Position numbers and translations under genes: made by a program. A stretch of 64,000 nucleotides of DNA from an uncultured Methanosarcinaceae archaeon (GTDB lineage Archaea; Halobacteriota; Methanosarcinia; Methanosarcinales; Methanosarcinaceae): positions 96,001 through 160,000 of the forward strand of contig CAWJYV010000002.1 of NCBI GenBank assembly GCA_963847185.1. Direction: 5' to 3'. This document shows positions 22,661-33,047 of the stretch, piece by piece (within the stretch, counting starts at the first letter, position 1; the number at the start of each line of letters is the position of its first letter). The notes beneath the pieces were generated by a model. That model was given only the letters and a program-made list of their open reading frames with translations. It had not been told where the DNA came from and did not search any database.

Positions 22661-23688
22661 TTTTTTAATTCCTCCGGATGCCCTTTTGAGGGTTGTTTCC
22701 TGTAACCTTCCCTATCAGAGAGGCATTCGATTAGCTCACCTACCCTTTCCGAGTACCACCCTTTTTTCACATACTGAGGGTAAATTGGCAGGCGTTCTCT
22801 CAATGAAATATTTCCCAGCTTTTTCTGTAAATCCCTTATATCCGGCCATTGGGCCTCTGGGTTGATCCAGTCTATGGTCAGAGGGGATATGCCCCCGAGG
22901 TCCGTTACCCCCTTTGAGATAAGGGCTTTTGGATCAATAAGATTTGGAGCAACCTGTACTGCAATGTCAATAGGCAGGATTTGTCTCGCAAGCATAATAG
23001 CATCAGTCATTTCCTCTGTTGTAGGCTCCGGAAAGTTTTCCATCGCTGTCCCGGGCTTTGGGGCAAAATTCTGAATAATAACCTCCTGAATGTGCCCGTA
23101 TGCTTTATGAAGGTCTGCTATAGCCTCAAGAGATTTTATTCTGTCTTCCCTGGTTTCTCCTATTCCTATAAGGAGGCCGGTAGTATAAGGAATCTGAAGT
23201 TTTCCGGCTTCCCGGATTGTATCAAGCCTGAGCTCCGGAACCTTGCCAGGGCAGTCCTTATGGGCATCAAGAACCGCGGTACTCTCAAGCATCAAGCCCA
23301 TACTCGCATTAAGAGGCTTTAAGGCTTCAAGTTCGGAGCGTGTCATAATTCCCGCATTCGTGTGAGGGAGGATACCAATATCGATTGCAGTTTCGCAGAG
23401 AAAAAGAAGATATTCCAGAGTCGAAGAATACCCAAGCTCTTTGAGCCATTTTCTATATTCCGGAACATCCTCTGCATGCTCTCCAAAAGTGAAAAGGGCT
23501 TCAGTACACCCTGCTTTCACTCCATTTTCGAGAACAGAAATAATTTCCTCAGGCTTCATGAGCCTGGCACCTGGCTGTCCGGGCTCTCGTTTAAAGCCGC
23601 AGTAAGCACAGCGGTTCCTGCAGATATTTGTAACCGGGATAAATACATTTTTTGAGTAAGTTACGAATTGGGAATTTTCCGGTGGAAT
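22657..23688 (-). CDS. cofG: FO synthase subunit CofG; probable non-AUG (ATT) start at 23688
   Basis: The frame stays open upstream of ATG 23559 and encodes VTYSKNVFIPVTNICRNRCAYCGF (the essential CxxxCxxC). The body has PHTNAG, TTGLLIGIGE, HIQEVIIQNF and DLGGISP. Confidence 0.9.
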   Translation of the reverse strand: MPPENSQFVTYSKNVFIPVTNICRNRCAYCGFKREPGQPGARLMKPEEIISVLENGVKAGCTEALFTFGEHAEDVPEYRKWLKELGYSSTLEYLLFLCETAIDIGILPHTNAGIMTRSELEALKPLNASMGLMLESTAVLDAHKDCPGKVPELRLDTIREAGKLQIPYTTGLLIGIGETREDRIKSLEAIADLHKAYGHIQEVIIQNFAPKPGTAMENFPEPTTEEMTDAIMLARQILPIDIAVQVAPNLIDPKALISKGVTDLGGISPLTIDWINPEAQWPDIRDLQKKLGNISLRERLPIYPQYVKKGWYSERVGELIECLSDREGYRKQPSKGHPEELKK

Positions 23689-23721
23689 GGTAAAACACCT
23701 GTTGAGTTGTTTATTCCTGAA

Positions 23722-24999
23722 TTAGCCTAAGATTTTCTTCATGGTTGCAGCGACACCGAGAGCTACTCCTTCAACTTCAATGCCTCCTTTTCCTTTTGCT
23801 CCGTCTCCTACGACGTAAAGCCCTGGAATAGGAGTCTCATTACCCGGGTCCGTGCCAGAAGCTGCCCTGTTTACGGGCCAATCGTCATGATATGATTGAA
23901 TAAGCAGGACTTCATATTTCTTGCCAGGGAAAATATCTTTAAGATCTTTGAGCCCCATCTCGATTTCAGCCTCGAGATTCTTCACGTTTTCGGGAGCTAC
24001 GTGCTGGTGGGACATTGTAAGATGCTTGCCTGGAGGAGCCAGTTTAGGATCGATCTGCGTAACTTCATTGATTCCATTTACTCTTTTTGCATACGGGGTT
24101 AAGAGGACTCCTGAATGGCCTACCAGAGGCTCGTCTGCAGCAAGGCAAATCTTTATTCCGGCAGAGGGTTTCAGGGTCTTAAGCATCCTGAGATAACCTG
24201 AATATTTCTCTCCGGCCAGGGCTTCGCTACAGAGATATGCGGTTGCGGCATGTCCCAGATTACTGATAATCAGATCTGCCTCATGGGCTTTATCCCCGGC
24301 AATGATACCTGACGCTCGTTCATTTTCCACAAGAATTTTTGAGACTTCGGTTTTAGTATATATCCTTCCGCCGTTTGCAGCAATCACGGATTCCAGAGCA
24401 TCGGTCACTCCCTTGCATCCGCCAACCGGTACACCAGGGCCGCCACACCTGTACATGTTCTCAATGATCTCAAAAACCTCTTCTACAGAAACTTCGTCAC
24501 TTCTCAGGCTCAGAGCCCAGCCGCAAAAAGAATCGGCAAATTTCACAAGCCATTCATCCTTAAACTGCTTCCCAAGCCATGCCTGTAGAGTACTTCCTGT
24601 CGGACGGTTCTTTCTGGTACTTACTACAAGGAGGGCAAGCTTCAGGCGGTCCTTGTGGGAAAGAGGCGTGGCAAAATCAGTAAAAGAAATATCCTTAAAG
24701 CCTTTTGCATAATCCGAATCACTTTTTTTGAGAGGAATACGTACAAATGTCTGTTCTGCCCTCATTATCTTAACATCAGCTTTAACCTCATTAAGGAGTT
24801 GAGCAAGAGGGCCTGAGGGTCCATGGGGAAGAATATGGAAAGCTCCGCTGGAAAGCTGAAAGCCTTTGTAGTTGAGATTTGTAAACCTTCCTCCTATAAT
24901 TGGAAGTCTCTCAAAAACATCAACCTCATATCCTGCCTGTGAGAGCCTGGCAGCACTTAAGAGTCCACCTAGGCCCGCACCAATAACAATCGCTTTCAT
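23722..24999 (-). CDS. FAD-dependent oxidoreductase of the phytoene-desaturase-like family (probable prenyl reductase)
   Basis: N-terminal GAGLGGL...FERLPIIGGR and C-terminal GLYVVGDG. Confidence 0.8.
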   Translation of the reverse strand: MKAIVIGAGLGGLLSAARLSQAGYEVDVFERLPIIGGRFTNLNYKGFQLSSGAFHILPHGPSGPLAQLLNEVKADVKIMRAEQTFVRIPLKKSDSDYAKGFKDISFTDFATPLSHKDRLKLALLVVSTRKNRPTGSTLQAWLGKQFKDEWLVKFADSFCGWALSLRSDEVSVEEVFEIIENMYRCGGPGVPVGGCKGVTDALESVIAANGGRIYTKTEVSKILVENERASGIIAGDKAHEADLIISNLGHAATAYLCSEALAGEKYSGYLRMLKTLKPSAGIKICLAADEPLVGHSGVLLTPYAKRVNGINEVTQIDPKLAPPGKHLTMSHQHVAPENVKNLEAEIEMGLKDLKDIFPGKKYEVLLIQSYHDDWPVNRAASGTDPGNETPIPGLYVVGDGAKGKGGIEVEGVALGVAATMKKILG

Positions 25000-25157
25000 A
25001 CCGACACCTCTATAGCCTTAACAGGGCAGTAGAGAACACAGATTCCACACTCTACGCAGGCTTTAGTAGTCTGTGCTTTTCCCTTTACCAATATTGCTTC
25101 TTTCTTACAAAAAGAAGCACACTGGCCGCACCCTACACAGTTGTCATTAATCTTCAT
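24996..25157 (-). CDS. Small 2x[4Fe-4S] ferredoxin (53 aa; below the ORF-track cutoff)
   Basis: Manual translation MKINDNCVGCGQCASFCKKEAILVKGKAQTTKACVECGICVLYCPVKAIEVSV*; ATGA overlap with the downstream oxidoreductase. Confidence 0.9.
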   Translation of the reverse strand: MKINDNCVGCGQCASFCKKEAILVKGKAQTTKACVECGICVLYCPVKAIEVSV

Positions 25158-26175
25158 GTGAGTCCACCAGCCTTTTTATCATGAAAAGAGTTATTATAAT
25201 GTATTGGTATAGTGTGTTTCTTCACCTGTGTTCTCAAGATTGAGTCGGAAGCGCGATTTCTTTTTTCTATCAATTTGGCAATTATTAGCTTTAATAGATA
25301 GATATATATTATACATTTATTTTCGACGAATTATATTAATCTGTGACGTTTTGTAGAGTTGTCTATAAAGTTCCTTTCTGCCTCTTAAAAACAAAATAGG
25401 ACATTTCCTTTCTCCTATCTAAGGCAGGAGACTCTCAAACATTTTCAGTCCCTTACTATTTTTATTTTAAAAGTCAGCTCAGAAGCTTTTCACCTGTTGA
25501 ATTCATCATAATTATTCATAATATATACGGAGTTTTTTTAATCGGATTAAAAATAATTAAGTTACATATATAAATCTTATTTCTCACCGGAAAAAATCCG
25601 GATTTACGGCAGATTATTTTATAAATTATCAAAACAATAAAAAGAGAATAAGATATTTATGGTGTATATATAATTTCGTGAACTGGTCACTGCTTTTCCT
25701 CTACTTTTTTTAAACATGTCTATATTTTAAAGACTGATTTTTAATTATTTAGACTTAATATTTATATAATATTAATTATCTAGCAAATATCTATAAATAA
25801 CCCCTCATTCATTTGCAGAATTGAATCCAACTGTTTGTAATCTTAATTATTAATTATACTAATCTCACTGTAATTTGATCTAGCAGCCGGGAAGGGTACT
25901 TTTCCTTACTTCTGGCAGTTTATGATAAAAGATCGGGCAAAGAAAAAAATTTCAGAGCCCGAAAGTCAAGCCTGTATTAATATAGATTCTTATTTCCTGA
26001 AAAATAAAGAAACTATGGATACAGGTGAATCTTGAAGGGCCTGTGTCCGGACCGATTATTATTTTGTGTAAAGTCGGGTAGTCGGACATAGTTTTTTAGT
26101 CCAGATAATAAAAACCCACATTTCAGGTCATGTAATGCTGCAATTTCAGATTGCTGCACTTTAATAGGTGATATA

Positions 26176-26550
26176 ATGTCTGGAATAATTGATAGCTATA
26201 TACCGGTTGCAATATTTCTTGTCCTGGCACTTGTTATGCCGCCAATGACAATGTTTATGGTAAAGCAGCTGAGTCCGAGGAGCAAAGCAGCTAATAAATA
26301 CACAACATATGAATCGGGTTCTATTCCCACAGGAACTGCCAGGATTCAGTTCAATGTCGAGTATTATCTTTATGCAATTGCTTTTGTTCTTTTTGATGTA
26401 GAGGTGCTTTTCCTTTACCCGTGGGCTACTGTTTATAAGGGGCACGGGATCACCTCAATCGCGGTAATCGAAATGTTTGCGTTTATCTTCATACTTCTCT
26501 TTGGATACGTCTATCTCTGGAAGAAGGAGGCCCTTACATGGGTGAAGTAA
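26176..26550 (+). CDS. fpoA: F420H2:methanophenazine oxidoreductase subunit A
   Basis: NuoA-like YESG and FVLFDVE; first gene of a complex I-like operon. Confidence 0.96.
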   Translation: MSGIIDSYIPVAIFLVLALVMPPMTMFMVKQLSPRSKAANKYTTYESGSIPTGTARIQFNVEYYLYAIAFVLFDVEVLFLYPWATVYKGHGITSIAVIEMFAFIFILLFGYVYLWKKEALTWVK

Positions 26551-27092
26551 AGGAGAAAAAAACGAGTACATCAAATGAAATCTCTGACGAAGAAATCCCT
26601 GGCGTGATCACAACAACAACCAGTGCAATCCACAACTTCCTTAAGAAAACTAAGGCTCAGGATCTGATCAACTGGGGAAGGAAAAATTCGCTCTGGTTTA
26701 TGACCCAGCCAATGGGCTGCTGCGGAGTAGAGATGATCGCTACAGGCTGTGCTCATTATGATACCGACCGTTTTGGGATAATTCCGAGAAACTCTCCAAG
26801 ACAGGCTGATGTCATGATTATCAGTGGGTACGTGACGAAGAAATACCTGCCATCATTGAAGAGGCTCTGGGAGCAGATGCCTTCTCCAAAGTGGGTAATC
26901 TGTATGGGAGATTGTTCGATAAGCGGAGGGCCGTTCTACGAATCATACAGTACAGTGCAGAACATTGACGAGCTCTTTCCGATTGATGTATTTATTCCGG
27001 GATGTCCACCCAGGCCCGAAGCCCTGCTTCAGGGATTTGTGGAACTGCAGGAAAAAATAAAGGCCAAAAAAGACCGGGGAACAGAGTACTGA
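26538..27092 (+). CDS. fpoB: Fpo subunit B
   Basis: GCCGVEM, SPRQAD and PGCPPRPE. Confidence 0.97.
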   Translation: MGEVKEKKTSTSNEISDEEIPGVITTTTSAIHNFLKKTKAQDLINWGRKNSLWFMTQPMGCCGVEMIATGCAHYDTDRFGIIPRNSPRQADVMIISGYVTKKYLPSLKRLWEQMPSPKWVICMGDCSISGGPFYESYSTVQNIDELFPIDVFIPGCPPRPEALLQGFVELQEKIKAKKDRGTEY

Positions 27093-27128
27093 AATCTTTC
27101 TGATTTTTTGAGAATCGAGGTAAAAATT

Positions 27129-27605
27129 ATGGATGCCAGCACGATTATCGAATCATTAACCGGCGCATTTCCGGAAGTAATTTCCGGAGCTGAGGTCGAA
27201 TCCCCTATCCGCATAAGGGCATATGTGGACAAGGAGAAAGCAAAAGAAGTCTGTCAGTACCTGAAAGATTCCCTTCAATTCGACCACCTCTGCTCAGTCT
27301 GCGGGGTAGATTACATAAAAAGGAATGAGATAGAAGCTGTCTATCACATTGCTTCATACGACCATCCCGTAGTACTGACGCTCAAGGCCGTACTTCCGAG
27401 AGAAGGCCCGGAAATCGAATCCATTGTATCTGTGTACTGGAATGCAAACTGGTATGAAAGGGAAACTTACGAACTCTTCGGGGTTATGTTCAAAAACCAC
27501 CCTAACCTGAAGCCACTTGTACTTCCGGAAGATATGCTGGGTGAATGGCCCCTGAGAAAAGATTACAAGGGTTTTCCGAATACGACAGCCAGAAACCTGG
27601 TGTGA
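27129..27605 (+). CDS. fpoC: Fpo subunit C
   Basis: ANWYERETYELFG and WPLRKDY. Confidence 0.96.
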   Translation: MDASTIIESLTGAFPEVISGAEVESPIRIRAYVDKEKAKEVCQYLKDSLQFDHLCSVCGVDYIKRNEIEAVYHIASYDHPVVLTLKAVLPREGPEIESIVSVYWNANWYERETYELFGVMFKNHPNLKPLVLPEDMLGEWPLRKDYKGFPNTTARNLV

Positions 27606-27614
27606 GGGTGAAAA

Positions 27615-28739
27615 ATGGAAGAAATGCTTGGACCAAATGAGATGATTGTACACCTGGGCCCTCAACATCCTATGCAGCCCGGACCCTTCAGGCTAAACCT
27701 GAAGTTAAAAGGGGAAACAGTAATGGGTGCTGAGATTGAGCTGGGTTTTATTCACAAAGGGATTGAAAAAATTCTGGAGAACAAGACCTATCTTCAGGGA
27801 ATTACAATCGTGGACAGGATCTGCTACCTTGTGGCCCTTGTAAACGAAGAATGTTTTGTAGGCTGCACTGAGAAACTATTAGGTATCGAGCCTCCAGAGA
27901 GAGCTCAGTATATCAGGGTAATTGTTGAGGAACTCACAAGAATTCAAAGTCACCTGCTCGGTATGGGTGAATTCGGAGAATTCATTGGTTTTGTTTCCAT
28001 GTTCATGTACACTATCAGGGAAAGAGAAGAGATTCTCGGCCTGATTGATATGGTAACAGGAGCCAGAATCACTCACAGCTATCTGAAATTCGGAGGGGTA
28101 CGTGAAGATCTCCCAGATGGGTTCAAAGAAAAAGCAATTCCTGTCCTGAATAACCTCAAAAAATCAGTCAACGATTTTGAAGAAATGTTTCATACTGACA
28201 GAATCTACAGGGAACGTACTGTAGGAGTCGGGGTCCTGACCGCAGATGTCGCAAAAAGCCTTGGAGTATCCGGGCCTGCACTGCGTGCAACTGGTGTACC
28301 TTTTGATATCAGGAAGAATGAACCTTACCTGGTTTACAAAGATCTGGACTTCACGGTCTGCACTGAAAAAGAAGGAGACTGTTTTGCAAGAGTTCAGCTC
28401 AGGCTTAATGAGATAAGGGAAAGCATCTACATCCTTGAACAGTGCCTTGACAGAATACCAAACGGACCCATATTCCCTGAAAACACTCCGTATGGCAGGA
28501 GGACACCTGTAATGAGAGTTCCGGCTGGAGAGGTTTTCCACAGAGTAGAAGACCCCAGAGGAGAAATGGGAATGTACATGGTCTCCGACGGTTCGGATAA
28601 GCCATACAGGGTAAAAGTTAGAGGCCCTTATTACCCAACCTTGCAGGCTCTACCCCCACTCATAATAGGCACCACGGTTGCAGACGTAGCAGCTATTTCC
28701 GGCAGCATGGACGGCTGTACCAGTGAAGCAGACAGGTGA
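27615..28739 (+). CDS. fpoD: Fpo subunit D
   Basis: GPQHP, GFIHKGIEK, DRICY and EDPRGE. Confidence 0.97.
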   Translation: MEEMLGPNEMIVHLGPQHPMQPGPFRLNLKLKGETVMGAEIELGFIHKGIEKILENKTYLQGITIVDRICYLVALVNEECFVGCTEKLLGIEPPERAQYIRVIVEELTRIQSHLLGMGEFGEFIGFVSMFMYTIREREEILGLIDMVTGARITHSYLKFGGVREDLPDGFKEKAIPVLNNLKKSVNDFEEMFHTDRIYRERTVGVGVLTADVAKSLGVSGPALRATGVPFDIRKNEPYLVYKDLDFTVCTEKEGDCFARVQLRLNEIRESIYILEQCLDRIPNGPIFPENTPYGRRTPVMRVPAGEVFHRVEDPRGEMGMYMVSDGSDKPYRVKVRGPYYPTLQALPPLIIGTTVADVAAISGSMDGCTSEADR

Positions 28740-29785
28740 TTATAGTGGCAATAGAATTTCCTGAATTTATAATTCCTTTTCTCCCCTGGATCCGCGGGAT
28801 AGTCGGCCTCTCTCTTGTAGGAGTAATATTCATGGGAGCAATGGGAGCTGTCTGGCTAGAACGAAAGCTTTCCGCAGATATTCAGAACAGGATGGGACCC
28901 TGCCGCGTAGGAAAATACGGACTTCTGCAACTTGTAGCCGATGCAATCAAACTCTTTACTAAAGAAGACTTAAAGCCTTTCAATGCTGACAGTTTACTTT
29001 TCAATAATGCAAATATTTTCATGATGGGCTCTATTTTTCTTATGCTGGTTGCAATTCCTGTGGGCGCTGTTTTCGTTAATGGGGTCGAGTATCCATTAGC
29101 TGTCACCGAGATGGATATAAGTGTGCTTTATATTGAAGCAATGTCAGCAATCTCCATTTTCGGAATTTTCATGATAGCCTACGGTTCGAACAATAAGTAT
29201 TCCCTTCTCGGAGCATTTCGAAACTTCGCCCGAATGGTCGGGTACGAGGTGCCTCTGGGATTAACCGTTGTAAGTGTAGCTATTATGACAGGTTCCCTTA
29301 ACATAATTGACATCTCGAGATCTCAGGGCCTGCTCTGGAATATCTTTTTGCAGCCCATAGGATGCTTTGTATTCTTCGTATCTCTTATGGCCGATATGGG
29401 CCGACTTCCCTTTGACCAGAATGAGTCAGAAGAAGAACTGGTCGCAGGATGGATTACCGAATACTGTGGAATGCGTTTTGGACTTGCTTTCTTTGCGGAG
29501 TATATCCATATGATCCTGGGTTCCTTCCTTGTAGCCCTGCTCTTTCTTGGCGGCTGGAATGTACCAGGCTTTATTGCAAACAACCCTGTGCTTGGCCTTA
29601 TTGCCCCAACAGGTTTCTTGCTTGTAAAAGTTGTCTTCGTGCTGATGGTAATTATAGGGATGAGGTGGGCTGTTCCGAGGTTCAGAATTGACCAGGTTGT
29701 TGACCTGAGCTGGAAGAAACTGTTTCCTCTGGCTATGCTAAACCTTGTCTGGGCAGTAGGGCTCGGACTCTACCTGGGAGCGTGA
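28736..29785 (+). CDS. fpoH: Fpo subunit H
   Basis: WLERK, GLLQLVADAIKLFTKE and PFDQNESEEEL. Confidence 0.96.
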   Translation: MIIVAIEFPEFIIPFLPWIRGIVGLSLVGVIFMGAMGAVWLERKLSADIQNRMGPCRVGKYGLLQLVADAIKLFTKEDLKPFNADSLLFNNANIFMMGSIFLMLVAIPVGAVFVNGVEYPLAVTEMDISVLYIEAMSAISIFGIFMIAYGSNNKYSLLGAFRNFARMVGYEVPLGLTVVSVAIMTGSLNIIDISRSQGLLWNIFLQPIGCFVFFVSLMADMGRLPFDQNESEEELVAGWITEYCGMRFGLAFFAEYIHMILGSFLVALLFLGGWNVPGFIANNPVLGLIAPTGFLLVKVVFVLMVIIGMRWAVPRFRIDQVVDLSWKKLFPLAMLNLVWAVGLGLYLGA

Positions 29786-29791
29786 GAGATC

Positions 29792-30202
29792 ATGGTTCTT
29801 AAAAACATTAAGTATGCAATTAAAAACATCCCCAAGCCTCCCGTAACCAGGATGTATCCTGAAAAATGCACCGAACTCTCAGATCGGTTCAGGGGGCTTC
29901 AGATACTTGATAAAAGTAAATGCATAGGCTGTGGCATTTGCGCCAATACCTGCCCTAATGCTGCAATCAAGATAGTAAAAGCTCCGATTGCACCAGGCAG
30001 CGAGAAAAAACGCTGGTTTCCCCAGATTGACATAGGACACTGCCTTTTTTGTGGACTTTGTATCGATCAGTGCCCGAAAGGCGCGCTTTCCAGCGGCAAA
30101 GAATACACTAAAGGCGTCATAAAATGGAAGCACAAAGATCTGCTTATAACTCCTGATAAGCTCGCCAGGGAAGTTGATCTTGAGGAAGGTGATGAGAGAT
30201 GA
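29792..30202 (+). CDS. fpoI: Fpo subunit I
   Basis: CIGCGICANTCP and CLFCGLCIDQCP. Confidence 0.96.
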   Translation: MVLKNIKYAIKNIPKPPVTRMYPEKCTELSDRFRGLQILDKSKCIGCGICANTCPNAAIKIVKAPIAPGSEKKRWFPQIDIGHCLFCGLCIDQCPKGALSSGKEYTKGVIKWKHKDLLITPDKLAREVDLEEGDER

Positions 30203-30495
30203 TCGGGCTTGAGCTTGAAACAATCGGAGCAGCTCTGCAAATGGCAGTCTTCGGACTTCTTGCTATTATCACGGTATTCTTTGCAATTTTTGTAGTAATC
30301 GCAAAGGACGTTGTAAGAGCCGGACTTGCCCTTATTATGTGCATGTTCGGTGTTGCAGCATTTTACATTCTCTTAAACGCCCAGTTCATGGGAGTTATTC
30401 AGGTCCTGGTTTATATCGGAGCAATCGGAGTGCTGATTCTCTTTGCAGTTATGCTGACAAAGCGCGAGATAGGAGGTGGATCAGGTGCAGATTAA
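30199..30495 (+). CDS. fpoJ: Fpo subunit J, N-terminal half (J1)
   Basis: IQVLVYIGAIGVLILFAVML NuoJ motif. Confidence 0.92.
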   Translation: MIGLELETIGAALQMAVFGLLAIITVFFAIFVVIAKDVVRAGLALIMCMFGVAAFYILLNAQFMGVIQVLVYIGAIGVLILFAVMLTKREIGGGSGAD

Positions 30496-30736
30496 TCGGC
30501 CTTTAGCCTTTCTTGTAGCCCTGCTCTTTGTTGCAGTTATTGTAATAGGGGCTTTTGGGACTTCCTGGAACACGGTCTCAGAACTGCCACAGAACTCAAC
30601 CGACCAGAGTAATATAGAGGGCATAGGTATGCTACTCTTTACTCAGTATGTGGTGCCTTTCGAAATTCTGTCAATTGTCCTGCTTGCATCCCTTATCGGC
30701 GCAATCTATATGGCAAAAGGGGAGGGTAACAGATGA
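30485..30736 (+). CDS. fpoJ: Fpo subunit J, C-terminal half (J2)
   Basis: [28 protein letters not shown]; GTG start after GGAGGTG. Confidence 0.88.
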   Translation: MQINRPLAFLVALLFVAVIVIGAFGTSWNTVSELPQNSTDQSNIEGIGMLLFTQYVVPFEILSIVLLASLIGAIYMAKGEGNR

Positions 30737-31035
30737 TTCCTTTAAACTTTTACCTTGGACTTTCAGCCCTGCTCTTCTCCATCGGACTTTATGGTGTAAT
30801 GACACATAAAAGCGGCATCAGAATAATTATGTGCATTGAGCTGATGCTCAACTCCGCAAACCTGAACCTTGTAGCTTTTTCAAGTTACACGGATACCTTG
30901 AACGGGCAGGTTTTTGCCATGTTCTCAATAGCCCTAGCAGCTGCTGAAGCAGCAGTCGGGTTTGCGATCTTTATGGCAATTTACAGAATGCACGGTAAGA
31001 TTAACCTTGATGAGCTCAACATCCTGAGGTGGTAA
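30733..31035 (+). CDS. fpoK: Fpo subunit K
   Basis: [11 protein letters not shown] and AAAEAAVG. Confidence 0.96.
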   Translation: MIPLNFYLGLSALLFSIGLYGVMTHKSGIRIIMCIELMLNSANLNLVAFSSYTDTLNGQVFAMFSIALAAAEAAVGFAIFMAIYRMHGKINLDELNILRW

Positions 31036-33047
31036 AAACGGCTCTGGAAGAATTTGCATTTTTAATCCCCCTGCTTCCGGCACTGGCTTTTGTGATTACT
31101 TTCTTCTTCGGTAAGAAAATGCCCTCAGGAGGGGCAATAGTTCCTATACTTGCAATTGCCACCTCTTTTGTAATCTCTTTCATGATTACACTCAGATTGC
31201 TGGCAAATCCCGAAGAAGTCGTAAGTCAGTCCTATTCCTGGTTTGCAGCGCTCAATATAGGAGTATTAATCGATCCCCTGGCTGCAGTTATGCTGTCAAT
31301 GGTCTCCTTTGTGAGTCTGCTGATCCATATCTATGCAGTTAGTTATATGTCCCATGATCCCGGAAAAGCCAGATATTTTGCAGAAACCGCACTCTTCACA
31401 GCGGCAATGCTTTCCCTGATTCTCTCGGATAACATTCTGCAGCTCTTTGTTTCCTGGGAGCTTGTTGGTCTATGTTCCTTCCTGCTTATCGGGTTCTGGT
31501 TTGAAAAACCCTCGGCTGCAGCTGCTGCCAAGAAAGCTTTCCTTACAACCAGGATCGGAGACGTAATGTTCCTTTCAGGAATTATCCTGTTGACCTCCGA
31601 TCTTCTGAAACTTGCCGGCGGATTCCATGATGGAACATATCTGCTTCGTTTTGACGAAATCTTCAGTTATATCCCCCAGCTTTCAGCCCTGCAGGCAAAC
31701 ATTTTCGGCTTTGAAGTAAGCCACCTTACTATTATCACCCTGCTCTTCTTCGGTGGAGCAGTAGGAAAATCCGGGCAGTTCCCGCTGCATGTGTGGCTCC
31801 CTGATGCAATGGAAGGTCCGACAACCGTCTCAGCTCTCATCCATGCAGCAACAATGGTTACTGCCGGTGTTTATCTGGTAGCAAGAACCTTCCCAATGTT
31901 TCTCGCAGCCCCTGATTCCCTGATGGTAGTTGCCTATCTTGGAGGCTTTACAGCTCTCTTTGCAGGTACCATGGGAATTGTGATGAATGACCTTAAGCGT
32001 GTACTTGCTTACTCAACCATCAGCCAGCTAGGATACATGATGCTTGGTCTTGGGCTGGGTTCGGCAATAGGGCTAGAAGCAGTTGGTGTTTCCCTTTTCC
32101 ACCTTATTAACCATGCTTTCTTTAAGGCTCTCCTTTTCCTCTGTGCAGGCAGTGTGATCCACGCAGTAGGCACCCAGGATATGAGGGAGCTCGGAGGCGT
32201 AGGAAAGGTCATGCCAATTACGGCTGCCACAATGACAATTGCAGCCCTTGCTCTGGCAGGTATAGGAATTCCGGGAACTTCAATAGGAACAAGCGGTTTC
32301 TTCTCAAAAGATGCAATTATTGAGGCTGCATACGTTTTCGGAGAGCACAGCAACAACTGGATCCCCTACGTGTTTTCAATTGCTGCCGCCCTCCTGACGT
32401 CTATCTATATCTTCAGGCTTATCTTCATGACCTTTACAGGGAAGCCGAGAAGCAACTATCACGGGCATGAATCCCCTGCCATTATGACCATTCCCCTGTC
32501 CATTCTGGCTCTTTTTGCCCTCTTCTTCGGCGGACTTACAAAGACCGGATTCATGAAATTCCTTGAAGAAACTTTTGCCAACAGTTTCGTAAACCTTGAC
32601 ATCGGAAACCTTGCCTCCATAGGCAAAAACGAACTTGTAGAAGCAGCAGGGCACGAGCCAATCCTGGTCCTATGGCTTCCGTTAATAGTTGCCCTTATAG
32701 GTCTTGCAATTGCTTTCGTGATCTACTACCTTAGAGCAGTGAGCCTCGGATCCTTGGCTTCCATGAAGAACCCTATTTACAGACTGCTCTACAAGCGTTA
32801 CTACCAGCACGAAATTTATACTGAGTTCTTCTCACTCGGGATAGTTTACGGAATTATCGCTTTCCTCACGCAGGTAGTTGATGTGATCATCGACAGTATT
32901 GTGGAAGGAATAGGAATTCTCACGGTTGGTGTAAGTGAAGAACTCAGGAAAATTCAGACCGGAGCCGTTCAGACCTATGCAACCGTCGTAGTTGTAGGTG
33001 TGAGCCTGCTGATAATACTTATTAAGCTACTAATGGAGGTGCTCTGA
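31029..33047 (+). CDS. fpoL: Fpo subunit L
   Basis: [32 protein letters not shown]. Confidence 0.97.
   Translation: MVKTALEEFAFLIPLLPALAFVITFFFGKKMPSGGAIVPILAIATSFVISFMITLRLLANPEEVVSQSYSWFAALNIGVLIDPLAAVMLSMVSFVSLLIHIYAVSYMSHDPGKARYFAETALFTAAMLSLILSDNILQLFVSWELVGLCSFLLIGFWFEKPSAAAAAKKAFLTTRIGDVMFLSGIILLTSDLLKLAGGFHDGTYLLRFDEIFSYIPQLSALQANIFGFEVSHLTIITLLFFGGAVGKSGQFPLHVWLPDAMEGPTTVSALIHAATMVTAGVYLVARTFPMFLAAPDSLMVVAYLGGFTALFAGTMGIVMNDLKRVLAYSTISQLGYMMLGLGLGSAIGLEAVGVSLFHLINHAFFKALLFLCAGSVIHAVGTQDMRELGGVGKVMPITAATMTIAALALAGIGIPGTSIGTSGFFSKDAIIEAAYVFGEHSNNWIPYVFSIAAALLTSIYIFRLIFMTFTGKPRSNYHGHESPAIMTIPLSILALFALFFGGLTKTGFMKFLEETFANSFVNLDIGNLASIGKNELVEAAGHEPILVLWLPLIVALIGLAIAFVIYYLRAVSLGSLASMKNPIYRLLYKRYYQHEIYTEFFSLGIVYGIIAFLTQVVDVIIDSIVEGIGILTVGVSEELRKIQTGAVQTYATVVVVGVSLLIILIKLLMEVL

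Noticed and set aside
30199-30736. Split fpoJ as a frameshift, and absence of NuoEFG/fpoF from the operon
   Set aside because: Both are the normal organisation in Methanosarcina, and J2 has its own RBS.
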